Assembly: GCA_964635815.1 (NCBI GenBank)
Contig: CAZWQH010000004.1
Location: 1-36,730 of the forward strand
Direction: 5' to 3'
From: an uncultured Sandaracinaceae bacterium
Lineage (GTDB): Bacteria; Myxococcota_A; Polyangia; Polyangiales; JADJQN01
Length of the DNA stretch: 36,730 bases
A program made the position numbers and the translations under genes. This document shows positions 8,944 through 16,991 of the stretch, piece after piece (position 1 is the stretch's first letter; each line of letters starts with the position of its first letter). A model generated the notes under the pieces. The model searched no databases. It was not told where the DNA came from and saw nothing but the letters and a program-made list of their open reading frames with translations.

Positions 8944-9098
8944 GGTCTTTCGGCTTCCTTCGGGCTCGTCGAATACCAGCAGACGTATACTCCTCGCCCT
9001 CAGTCCAGGCGCGTCCCGGCTGAGACCAAAGCACGAGCGCATCTCTCGCGCGTTCGAACAGTAGAGGTGGCGGTCATCCTGAGGGTGGCCGCCATTTC
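8944..9098 (+). ncRNA. Candidate structured ncRNA or structured UTR (four hairpins)
   Basis: Stems at 8944-8977 (C-UUCG-G loop), 8999-9024, 9034-9056 and 9064-9098; TATACT -10-like hexamer at 8986-8991. No family recognised. Confidence 0.35.
9064..9098 (+). terminator. Terminator-like GC-rich hairpin
   Basis: TGGCGGTCATCC-tga-GGGTGGCCGCCA (12 bp with two G.U pairs that form only on the + strand), followed by a short TTT. Confidence 0.55.
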
Positions 9099-9143
9099 GC
9101 CGTTCTGGGGTTGCTAACCCAGCGAGATCACGAGGGCTGAGCC

Positions 9144-9159
9144 AGGAACGAAGCGTGCA
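9144..9159 (+). promoter_or_regulatory. Possible sigma54 promoter for comM-recA
   Basis: AGGAACGAAGCGTGCA, GG-N10-GC spacing, partial match to TGGCACG-N4-TTGC. Confidence 0.35.
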
Positions 9160-9172
9160 CCTTTTCCTGCAC

Positions 9173-10696
9173 ATGCACGCAACGGTACGCACGTCGACGC
9201 TGGTGGGGATCGAGGCATTGCCGGTCGATGTTCAGGCCATCGTCGGTAAGGGACTTCCCGGCCTCGAGATGGTGGGATCCGCAGAGGCAGTCGTGCGCGA
9301 GGCACGCGTGCGAATCAGAGCGGCGTTTCTCGCGTGCGGACGCGCGATGCCACAGAGAAACGTCGTCATCAATCTCGCGCCGGCCGATGTACGCAAGTCG
9401 GGAGCAGCGCTCGACCTGGCCATCGCGGTGGCGATCGTGCGCGCGTGCGAAGTGCAGCCCGATCACCGCGATGTCGCCACTGTGTTCTTGGGAGAGCTCG
9501 GGCTCGATGGAACGGTTCGCCCGATCCGTGGTGTGATCTCGCACCTGCTCGCTGCCTCGAGACAAGGTTTGACGCGCGCGATCATTCCTCGCGGCAACGC
9601 GGAAGAAGCTGCGCACTTGTTCCGAGCCGAAAGTCAGGAACGACCGCTGCTCGAAGTCCTCATCGTCGACCACTTCGTGGACGTTCTCGGATTCCTGGAA
9701 GGCCACCGCACGCTCGTGTCCATCGCCGAGGTGGAAGCGCCGCAGCACGACGACACTTCGTCGCACGCGCTTCGGCTAGAAGACGTTCGCGGACAGGTTG
9801 GAGCAAAACGAGCGCTCGAGCTCGCAGCACTTGGCGAGCACCCTGTCCTCTTCATCGGCCCGCCTGGAGTTGGAAAGACGATGCTCGCGGAGCGTCTCGT
9901 CTCGCTGTTGCCGGATCCGACAGCGGACGAGCGACTGGAGATTGCCGCCATCTCGAGCATCACACGGACATCGGCGTCGAATCGCCGGGTGGAGCGACCG
10001 TTTCGCGCACCGCACCATACCGCCAGCTACGCAGCTCTCGTTGGCGGCGGGTCGCCAGTGCAGCCGGGTGAAGTCACGCGAGCTCATCGTGGGGTGCTCT
10101 TCCTAGACGAGCTTCCCGAGTTCGGACGCGCGAGCGTCGAGACGCTACGTGAAGTGCTCGAGGCTCGCCGAGTCGTAATCTCGCGCGTCCGAGAGCGCGT
10201 TGAGTTTCCAGCGGCCGCGTGGGTCGTGGCCGCGATGAACCCATGCCCTTGCGGATACGCGACTGCGAAGCGCTCGCTATGTCGATGCGCTCCGGGCGAA
10301 GTGACTCGATACGCGTCACGGGTCTCCGGGCCGTTGCTCGACCGGTTCGAGCTGCAAGTACATCTGCACGAGCTCTCCGCGAAGGACTTCTCGATCTCAC
10401 GCTCGCCCGACACGAACGAGACTCGAGACGCGATCAAGAGAATCTCTGATGCACGGCTCGTTCGGGCAGACCGGCGCGGGGGCGTGGACCTCGCCCTCGA
10501 CGATGAAGCACGCCGTCTACTCGATCGCGCTACCGACGCGATGGCACTCAGCGGTCGCGCGCGGACTCGAGCAGCGAAGCTCGCACGGACTATCGCAGAC
10601 CTTGCGCAGTCGGGGACCGTCTCCGCGGAGCATCTGGCGGAAGCACTGTCGTACCGAATCGACTTACCAGGACATCGTGAACGGGAGGGAATATGA
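9173..10696 (+). CDS. comM: ComM/YifB-family Mg-chelatase-like AAA+ ATPase (helicase)
   Basis: [76 protein letters not shown]. Start at ATG 9173 or GTG 9155. Confidence 0.93.
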   Translation: MHATVRTSTLVGIEALPVDVQAIVGKGLPGLEMVGSAEAVVREARVRIRAAFLACGRAMPQRNVVINLAPADVRKSGAALDLAIAVAIVRACEVQPDHRDVATVFLGELGLDGTVRPIRGVISHLLAASRQGLTRAIIPRGNAEEAAHLFRAESQERPLLEVLIVDHFVDVLGFLEGHRTLVSIAEVEAPQHDDTSSHALRLEDVRGQVGAKRALELAALGEHPVLFIGPPGVGKTMLAERLVSLLPDPTADERLEIAAISSITRTSASNRRVERPFRAPHHTASYAALVGGGSPVQPGEVTRAHRGVLFLDELPEFGRASVETLREVLEARRVVISRVRERVEFPAAAWVVAAMNPCPCGYATAKRSLCRCAPGEVTRYASRVSGPLLDRFELQVHLHELSAKDFSISRSPDTNETRDAIKRISDARLVRADRRGGVDLALDDEARRLLDRATDAMALSGRARTRAAKLARTIADLAQSGTVSAEHLAEALSYRIDLPGHREREGI

Positions 10697-11730
10697 CGAC
10701 CTTGAAAGAGAAACTAAAGGCAGTTCAGAGTGCAGTTGCAGCGATCGAAAAACAGTTCGGCAAGGGAGCCATCATGTCGATGGGAGAGCGCACCGCCGAA
10801 GAGGTGCATGTAATTTCGACGGGATCGCCATCCCTCGACGCAGCTCTCGGTTGCGGCGGGTATCCCAGAGGGCGGGTTGTGGAAATCTTCGGACCCGAGT
10901 CGAGCGGCAAGACCACGCTCACGTTGCATGCGATTGCCGAATGCCAGCGCGCCGGTGGCATCGCTGCGTTCGTGGACGCTGAGCACGCACTCGATCCGAG
11001 CTACGCAGCAAAACTCGGAGTGAACTTGGATCGACTGCTCGTCAGCCAGCCCGACAACGGTGAGCAAGCACTCGATATCACCGAAGCGCTGGTCAAGAGC
11101 AGTGCGGTGGATCTCATCGTAATCGACTCCGTGGCTGCGCTCGTTCCTCAAGCGGAGATCGCGGGTGAGATGGGCGACTCGCACATGGGTCTCCAAGCAC
11201 GACTGATGAGTCAGGCGCTCCGAAAGCTGACTGGCATCACGTACCGCAGCGGAACAACCATCATGTTCATCAATCAGCTTCGAATGAAGATTGGAGTCAT
11301 GTTCGGGTCGCCTGAGACGACCACCGGAGGAAACGCGCTCAAGTATTACTCCTCAGTGCGTCTCGACGTTCGGCGCATCGGTGCCGTGAAAAACGGCGAA
11401 GACATCGTGGGAAATCGTACGCGCGTGAAGGTAGTGAAGAACAAGCTCGCGCCGCCGTTCCAGCAGACGGAGTTCGACATTCGCTACGGTGAAGGCATCG
11501 ACTCGACAGGAGACCTACTCGACACTGCGGCCGAGCGTGGAGTGATCGAGAAGAACGGAGCGCACTACGCGTTCGAGGGACGCAACATCGGACACGGTCG
11601 GGAACGCGCGCGCGCTACGTTGATCGAAGACGCCGCTTTGCGCGCGTCGGTCAGTACACAGCTCGCGTCGCACGCCGCGCCCAAAACGCGTGCGGCACCC
11701 GCCGCGGAGGCTAACTCCGAGGCCGCATAG
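10693..11730 (+). CDS. recA: Recombinase RecA
   Basis: [67 protein letters not shown]; ATGA overlap with comM. Confidence 0.99.
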   Translation: MTTLKEKLKAVQSAVAAIEKQFGKGAIMSMGERTAEEVHVISTGSPSLDAALGCGGYPRGRVVEIFGPESSGKTTLTLHAIAECQRAGGIAAFVDAEHALDPSYAAKLGVNLDRLLVSQPDNGEQALDITEALVKSSAVDLIVIDSVAALVPQAEIAGEMGDSHMGLQARLMSQALRKLTGITYRSGTTIMFINQLRMKIGVMFGSPETTTGGNALKYYSSVRLDVRRIGAVKNGEDIVGNRTRVKVVKNKLAPPFQQTEFDIRYGEGIDSTGDLLDTAAERGVIEKNGAHYAFEGRNIGHGRERARATLIEDAALRASVSTQLASHAAPKTRAAPAAEANSEAA

Positions 11731-11731
11731 A

Positions 11732-12538
11732 CTACGGCAAAGCGGTGCGGCGCTCCGTCGCGAGATTTCGCGGAGCCAAACGAACGTCCGCACCTGATTC
11801 GCCGGCCTCGGGAAAAATGACCCAAGACGGCTCATCCGAGTCGTAAACACGGTTGTTGTTCGTGTCCGAGTAAACGTGAACGACATGGTCTTCGCCGCGC
11901 TTCACAACACCCCGAAGCGCGTACCGAACCGGTGTGCCATCGACCACTATCTCGCGACGATACAGACCCGTCGTCGGCGTGCTCGCGACGCGGAGAATCA
12001 AGTGGGTCTCAAGTGGGGCTCCCGCAGGTGCGCCCGCAAACTCGAACTCGAACGTACCGCGTCCATCGAACACCGCTTCCGTGTCGTCGATGTTCCGGAA
12101 ATCTGTCTTGTGCGCGAACACAAGGCATCCGTTGGTCGGGTGCCCCGCGTTGGGCTGCGATGGGTCTGGGCGAACCCAGGTGTGATCCCGAACACCCGCA
12201 TCGGTGATGTCATCGAACCGGCCGTCGTTTGCCCCATCGGCGTAGAACTCAATGTCGACACGCTCACGCCCAGGTTCCTCGAGAACGGCACGGGGCATGA
12301 CAAAGTCGATGTCTGGTCTTGCGAGGGGATCGAAGACCGCCACAGCCTTTACGTTACGCGCAACCAGGAAGCGAACTTCCACGCGATGCGTGACGTGTGG
12401 GCTCATCTGGCGGAACGAGACGCCGACTGTTCCATTGGCGCAGCTAGCGTTGAACTTGTCGACACCAGCAACCTGCGTGCAGCCGCAGATCCACGCAAAC
12501 ACGAGCGGGAGGACCCGCAGAATCGTAAAGTTCCGCAT
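11732..12538 (-). CDS. Lipoprotein with two tandem beta-rich domains bearing DxNxN/DxxD Ca-binding-like loops
   Basis: Start at ATG 12538 (TGATG overlap with the upstream stop): MRNFTILRVLPLVFAWICGC; loops FYADGANDGRFD and VYSDTNNNRVYD. Confidence 0.7.
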   Translation of the reverse strand: MRNFTILRVLPLVFAWICGCTQVAGVDKFNASCANGTVGVSFRQMSPHVTHRVEVRFLVARNVKAVAVFDPLARPDIDFVMPRAVLEEPGRERVDIEFYADGANDGRFDDITDAGVRDHTWVRPDPSQPNAGHPTNGCLVFAHKTDFRNIDDTEAVFDGRGTFEFEFAGAPAGAPLETHLILRVASTPTTGLYRREIVVDGTPVRYALRGVVKRGEDHVVHVYSDTNNNRVYDSDEPSWVIFPEAGESGADVRLAPRNLATERRTALP

Positions 12539-13434
12539 CAGAATCCTCCTCGGACAGTGGCCATGCATCCGGTCGAGCTGCAAACGAGACTCGGACTTAG
12601 CTCGGCCGATGCCCGCTCCGGTGGGCCGTCGACGGCCAACAAGGAAACGACCACTCCACCGGCCAGAACGACCCCGCCGGCGATCAAAAGCACATCCGTG
12701 AGACCTCCGAGCATGTTGGCCTCGCTGATCGAATCGCGGAACGCCGGCGCGCAGAGAGAACCCTGGCACGCCGCCCGGAGCGCGTGACCGCGATCGATGG
12801 TCATGAATCCAGTGATGCTGCCTGCAATCAGAGCAGCCCCGCCGGTACCCAGCAAAATGTAACCTGGAACACGCAGGCCATTCGAGGCCGCTCGACGGCG
12901 CCGTTCTTCCTCCTCGGCAGCAAGGCGCGCGCGCTCGGCTTCGCGAACTCGTTCTGCTTCCTCCTGTGCGCGGCGAAGCTCTTCTTCACGCGCCGTCTGC
13001 TCTGCGGCGGTTGCTTCTAGCGCGCGAAGACGTACTTCGAGCGCCGCTCGGTCTTGCGCATTCGGCTCACGGGCAAGGTATTCGCGGAGCGCCCACGCCG
13101 AACGACTCGCGTTCCCCGCGTCTCGCTGAGAGAGGTAGATGTTGTAGAGCAGCGCAGGCCGCTCGGAGAGCCGATAGGCTTCCTCGTACTCGCGCGCTGC
13201 CTCTTCGAACCGACCGGAGCGATAGAGGCTTTCTCCAACACCGAAGTGTCGCCTCGCGTCCGAGTCTCGCTGCGCTTCTTCCTCGGTCTGAGCCGGTGGC
13301 GGTGGAACGGGCGCGGGTGCGACGGGTGCTGGTCGCCGTCCCGATCTCCTTTGAGCGCTCGCGTCGGCAGCAGAGACAGCAAACACGGCAACGGTAACGG
13401 CTGCACACGCGATCCGAGCTGCGAGGAATCTCAT
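12538..13434 (-). CDS. Secreted TPR protein with coiled-coil, two hydrophobic helices and C-terminal beta-hairpin ending in Phe
   Basis: Signal peptide ...ADASA|Q; TPR (ARRHFGVGESLYRSGRFEEAAREYEEAY...LLYNI); C-terminus SPSLVCSSTGCMATVRGGF. Confidence 0.8.
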   Translation of the reverse strand: MRFLAARIACAAVTVAVFAVSAADASAQRRSGRRPAPVAPAPVPPPPAQTEEEAQRDSDARRHFGVGESLYRSGRFEEAAREYEEAYRLSERPALLYNIYLSQRDAGNASRSAWALREYLAREPNAQDRAALEVRLRALEATAAEQTAREEELRRAQEEAERVREAERARLAAEEEERRRRAASNGLRVPGYILLGTGGAALIAGSITGFMTIDRGHALRAACQGSLCAPAFRDSISEANMLGGLTDVLLIAGGVVLAGGVVVSLLAVDGPPERASAELSPSLVCSSTGCMATVRGGF

Positions 13435-13913
13435 CCGTTGGTCTCCGCGTCTGGAGTCATCGCATCGGCTTCACGCGCCGCGTCGTCTTCCACCGAGGCA
13501 TCCGTCTCGGCGTCGGGCGTGGAAACCACATCGGACACGTCGAGCACGTCTTCCGCGGGCGCTTCCGAATCCGCGGCTTCGACGTCGTGGGTGACTTCGA
13601 CATCCTCGATGGTCTCCACGTCGTCCGCGACGCTCGCATCTGCTTCTGCGTCGCCAACGGCTGCATCCTGCTCGCCCGCTTCGCTCGACGCAGAATCCTC
13701 GGAGGCATCCGCCGGCACGCCCGCATCCATCGCGACAGCGCTGTCCGTCACGGCGGCTCCCGTGTCGCTCGTGACCGCTCCCGTGTCGGTCGCGATCGAC
13801 GAATCGTTGCGGATCCGGTTTCGATCGAAGCTGACTACGGCCTGACAGCTCATGATTGCGCCTGCCACGAGCACGACGAGGAACGGCGCGAAACGGATCA
13901 AGTTAGTAGTCAT
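13431..13913 (-). CDS. Small acidic, low-complexity lipoprotein
   Basis: Start at ATG 13913: MTTNLIRFAPFLVVLVAGAIMSC-QAVVSFD; mature part is Asp/Ala/Glu-rich; stop overlaps the next start (ATGA). Confidence 0.7.
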   Translation of the reverse strand: MTTNLIRFAPFLVVLVAGAIMSCQAVVSFDRNRIRNDSSIATDTGAVTSDTGAAVTDSAVAMDAGVPADASEDSASSEAGEQDAAVGDAEADASVADDVETIEDVEVTHDVEAADSEAPAEDVLDVSDVVSTPDAETDASVEDDAAREADAMTPDAETNG

Positions 13914-13944
13914 GTAGTTCGTCCCAATACCTAAGCTCGCTGGC

Positions 13945-14958
13945 CTAGAAGCCAACTCGAATGAAGCCGCCGCCGCCGCTCGGGCCCACGAACGGAGCAA
14001 TCAGCAAATCGTTGTGTTGCAGCACGTGCTGCCGCTCGGATCGTGCGCGCGAACCGCGCGGAACCAATCGAGTCGTGGCGGCGCGCTCGCGCGGCTGATG
14101 CTGTCCTTCGGTGATCCACAAAATGATCGCCGAGAGGCCCGCAATTGCAGCCACACCAAACGAAAGATCGGCGAAGAGCGCCAGGTTCGAACCGCGATCG
14201 GCCGTTGCCGCGGATGGATTGGAGTCGAAGCTCGAGAGCTCGGATAGCGACATGAAACCGAGGATCGAACCGGCGATGAGGCCTGCTGCCGCGAAACCAG
14301 TCGCGACCCAGAAGCCTGTGCTCGGATCACGCGAGGGAACATCGGGTTCTTGTGTGACGGCAGCCTCGGTGTTGTCAGCCGTCGATGCCGCAGGTTGCTC
14401 CGCTGCTTCGGCAGGGGCGCTCGTCGTTGTGGTTGTGGTCGTCGACACAGCTGGTGCAGGCGTTTGCGTCGTCGTGGTAGCCACCGGCGGCGCTGTCGTG
14501 GTGGTAGTCGTGGTCGCGGCGACCCCAGTGCTTGGCGGAACGGTCGTCGTGGTCGTCGTCGTAGTGGTAGTCGTCGGAGTTGCCGACGCCCTCAATGTTG
14601 CCATTCGCGCTTCGACGTCGGCTCGGTCGGACGCGTCGGGGCGTTCGCTCAGATACTGTTCCCACGTGGCCAGTGCCCCGGCCGCGTTTCCGCGTCTTTC
14701 CTGTGATTCCGCGATGCTCTTCAGGACGATCGCATTTGGCGATATCGCGTACGCCTCTCGGAACGCGGTTTCGGACGCGGCGAAGTCACCCGCGCGAAAG
14801 CGTTCCTGACCGCGAGAATATGCGGCGCGAGCACGCTCACGCGTGTCGGCACTGCCAGCGTTCTGCGCGGACGCTGTGTTACTGCACACGAACATCGCGT
14901 TCGTTGCACACAACGAAAGCAGACCCAAGAGGGAAGTTACACGGATGATCGCCTTCAT
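13945..14958 (-). CDS. Secreted TPR protein with Thr-rich linker, two hydrophobic helices and C-terminal beta-hairpin ending in Phe
   Basis: Start MKAIIR at 14958 (track ORF from 14997); ...TASA|Q; TPR (ARAAYSRGQERFRAGDFAASETAFREAY); poly-Thr tracts; C-terminus LLIAPFVGPSGGGGFIRVGF. Confidence 0.8.
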   Translation of the reverse strand: MKAIIRVTSLLGLLSLCATNAMFVCSNTASAQNAGSADTRERARAAYSRGQERFRAGDFAASETAFREAYAISPNAIVLKSIAESQERRGNAAGALATWEQYLSERPDASDRADVEARMATLRASATPTTTTTTTTTTTVPPSTGVAATTTTTTTAPPVATTTTQTPAPAVSTTTTTTTSAPAEAAEQPAASTADNTEAAVTQEPDVPSRDPSTGFWVATGFAAAGLIAGSILGFMSLSELSSFDSNPSAATADRGSNLALFADLSFGVAAIAGLSAIILWITEGQHQPRERAATTRLVPRGSRARSERQHVLQHNDLLIAPFVGPSGGGGFIRVGF

Positions 14959-15026
14959 CTGCGCGTGAAGGTACGTGAGAGCTTGATCGCGCGTCAAATG
15001 CTCGCTGATCTGAAGCTGTCGCCGCG

Positions 15027-15473
15027 TCAGTCCGCCGCTGCGTCAGCTGGGCTGGGATCCGTCGCATCAGAGGCGGCATCGGGTTGATCGCCACCAACGT
15101 CGGGCGCGGCGTCGTTCGTCGTAACATCACGGGTCGCATTCGAAACGTCAGCGGCAACGTCGGTCGTCACAACGTCCGCCAAAGCGGACACGTCAACCGC
15201 GGCAGCGTCGACCGTTTGCACATCCGTCACACTTCCCGAGTCGCGGACCGTGATCGAGCAGGATTTCTGACAAACACCGCGCTCGGACAAAGCGGGGCCG
15301 GGCTTGCAACACACCAGAGGGGCGGGGCACTCGCGCTGGAGCTGACAAGCGGAGCCCTCTGAAGCGTCGCATCCAAACAGCGTGAACGACGCAAGAAGCG
15401 CCGCAGCAACCAGACCATGGCGAACGGTCGCGTGACGAATCAGCAAAGATGCCTGCATAAGGGCGCGGACCAT
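15027..15473 (-). CDS. Small Cys-rich lipoprotein with an Asp-periodic tail
   Basis: Lipobox LFGC; EGSACQLQRECPAPLVCC...GVCQKSC; tail of repeated D-x(3-6) units. Confidence 0.7.
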   Translation of the reverse strand: MVRALMQASLLIRHATVRHGLVAAALLASFTLFGCDASEGSACQLQRECPAPLVCCKPGPALSERGVCQKSCSITVRDSGSVTDVQTVDAAAVDVSALADVVTTDVAADVSNATRDVTTNDAAPDVGGDQPDAASDATDPSPADAAAD

Positions 15474-15489
15474 AGCTCGAAACTCGAGC

Positions 15490-16263
15490 TCACGCCGCAG
15501 CGCGCGCTTTACGTCCGATTCCTCGAATCAGAACGGCCGCGGAACCGCCAATCACGAGAGCGCTCCACTGTCCTGTAGAAAGCGCCCCCAGAGCGCCCCG
15601 TTCGTCCGCGCGCAGCCATTCGAGGAAAAAGCGCACTGCGCAGTATGCGACGACGTAGCTCGCAAAAATGCGACCGGTCCCGAAGCCCCCGCGTCGCGCT
15701 CGCAGAACGAACACTGAAGCCAAGACCAGCAAAGCGAACGACTCGTACAGCTGAACTGGATGCAGCAACCCGAGCCCGAAAGCTGGCGCGCGTGGGTCAG
15801 AGTAGACGACGCCCCAACCATGTGCGCGATGCGGCGCGCCGTAGCAACAGCCACCGAGAAAGCAGCCGATGCGCCCCATCGCGTGGCCAACAAGCGCGCC
15901 TGGAACACCGAGATCGAGACACATCGGAACCGAGAGACGAAGTGCGCGCGCCATGACGACGAGAGAGCCTAGCGCGCCGATTGCTCCGCCGAAGAAGACG
16001 AACCCGCCGGACGACCACGCTTCGTAGAAATTCCCGGTGCGCAGCGTCTCGACCAAGACGAACGTCAGGTATGCCCCGACGATCCCGCCCCCCGTCGTGA
16101 AACCGACCACAGCAATTCCCGCTCCGACGTCGAGACGCTTTTGCTGCAGCGCCCGCGTGAACATGACCCCGGCTATGACAATCCCGAGCGCGTAGAAAAA
16201 GCCAAACGACGGAATGGGACGGTCAACGCCAAACACTCGAACGTGCACGAGGACCGGATCCAA
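15490..16263 (-). CDS. lgt: Prolipoprotein diacylglyceryl transferase
   Basis: GGFVFFGG, GHAMGRIGCFLGGCCYG, HPVQLYES, RFFLEWLRADERG, LSTGQW. Confidence 0.92.
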   Translation of the reverse strand: MDPVLVHVRVFGVDRPIPSFGFFYALGIVIAGVMFTRALQQKRLDVGAGIAVVGFTTGGGIVGAYLTFVLVETLRTGNFYEAWSSGGFVFFGGAIGALGSLVVMARALRLSVPMCLDLGVPGALVGHAMGRIGCFLGGCCYGAPHRAHGWGVVYSDPRAPAFGLGLLHPVQLYESFALLVLASVFVLRARRGGFGTGRIFASYVVAYCAVRFFLEWLRADERGALGALSTGQWSALVIGGSAAVLIRGIGRKARAAA

Positions 16264-16269
16264 CGAACG

Positions 16270-16881
16270 CTAGTTTTGCGGCTTCGGCATTGCCGGCGGC
16301 GGCATCGCGGGTGGCGGTGCAAATGGATCCACGATCGCTTGGTTGCCGGATCCGGAGCCGACCGGTGGAGCGGGGCGAGGACCACCACCTGCAGGGTCGA
16401 TAGTCTCCACAGCGCCCGGTGCTGGCGGCGCGTTCGGCTCGGTAGGCGCCAAATTGGTCGGGTCCGGGTTGTTTGGATCTGGAGTGCCGGGCGGCTCGGG
16501 CAACTGCTCGAGCGGCTGTGGTCCCGAATTGAACGTGAAGCCCCCATCCCCGCCTCTCTCGAAGCGAAGACCTCCGTCGCGAGCCGCGTCGATCACGGCC
16601 TTCGAACACGCCGCGTTGCAGAGCCCGCAGGTCAGAGTCGCGCCAAGTGCGAGCACGAACCCGATGACGCTTACGACAATGCCCGCGGTCGGAGAACCTG
16701 TGGATTCGCCGTCGCGCTTCGCGCGTGAGAGGCTCATCCCCCCGAGGACGATGCCGACCAGCGCCATGATGGTCGACCCGATGGAAAGCACGAGCGCACC
16801 GTAAGGGAGAACGCCCGCAGGAATAGAAAGAAGCGCCCCGAGGATGGAGAGCACACCGAGAATGATAGAGAAGACGCCCAC
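16270..16881 (-). CDS. Membrane protein (DUF4190-like hairpin) with Pro-rich C-terminal tail
   Basis: Three hydrophobic segments (GIVLGGMSLSRAKR...AGIVVSVIG), CGLCNAAC and a Pro-rich tail. Start chosen at GTG 16881 to avoid overlap with era. Confidence 0.65.
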   Translation of the reverse strand: MGVFSIILGVLSILGALLSIPAGVLPYGALVLSIGSTIMALVGIVLGGMSLSRAKRDGESTGSPTAGIVVSVIGFVLALGATLTCGLCNAACSKAVIDAARDGGLRFERGGDGGFTFNSGPQPLEQLPEPPGTPDPNNPDPTNLAPTEPNAPPAPGAVETIDPAGGGPRPAPPVGSGSGNQAIVDPFAPPPAMPPPAMPKPQN

Positions 16882-16888
16882 GGCCGCC

Positions 16889-16917
16889 AGCGTTGCCGAC
16901 GTGCTCCAGCGGGTCAA
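16889..16917 (-). promoter_or_regulatory. Putative sigma70 promoter giving a leaderless transcript for the DUF4190-like/lgt operon
   Basis: Minus strand TTGACC-N17-AACGCT, followed 7 nt later by GTG at 16881. Confidence 0.4.
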
Positions 16918-16991
16918 GGAAGCGATTCGAAGCACACCGATCTCGAAGCCATAGTCAGCACCTTTTGATTCAGCTGCTAAGCTCCGCGCCC

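Noticed and set aside
9018-9030. GCTGAGA resembling the TPP riboswitch core
   Set aside because: The downstream CCTGA...AATRC...GCGNAGG elements are not arranged as in TPP riboswitches, and the adjacent genes are unrelated to thiamine.
7031-9034. 667-aa antisense ORF over the vWA lipoprotein
   Set aside because: Typical stop-poor antisense frame of a high-GC gene with biased codons; no recognisable motifs.
9050-9060. GTTCGAAC resembling a tRNA T-loop or LexA half-sites
   Set aside because: No cloverleaf can be built around it, and the spacing matches neither the Gram-positive nor the Myxococcus LexA box.
11876-12787. 303-aa plus-strand ORF downstream of recA (possible recX)
   Set aside because: No RecX-like features; it is the antisense shadow of the minus-strand lipoprotein and TPR genes.
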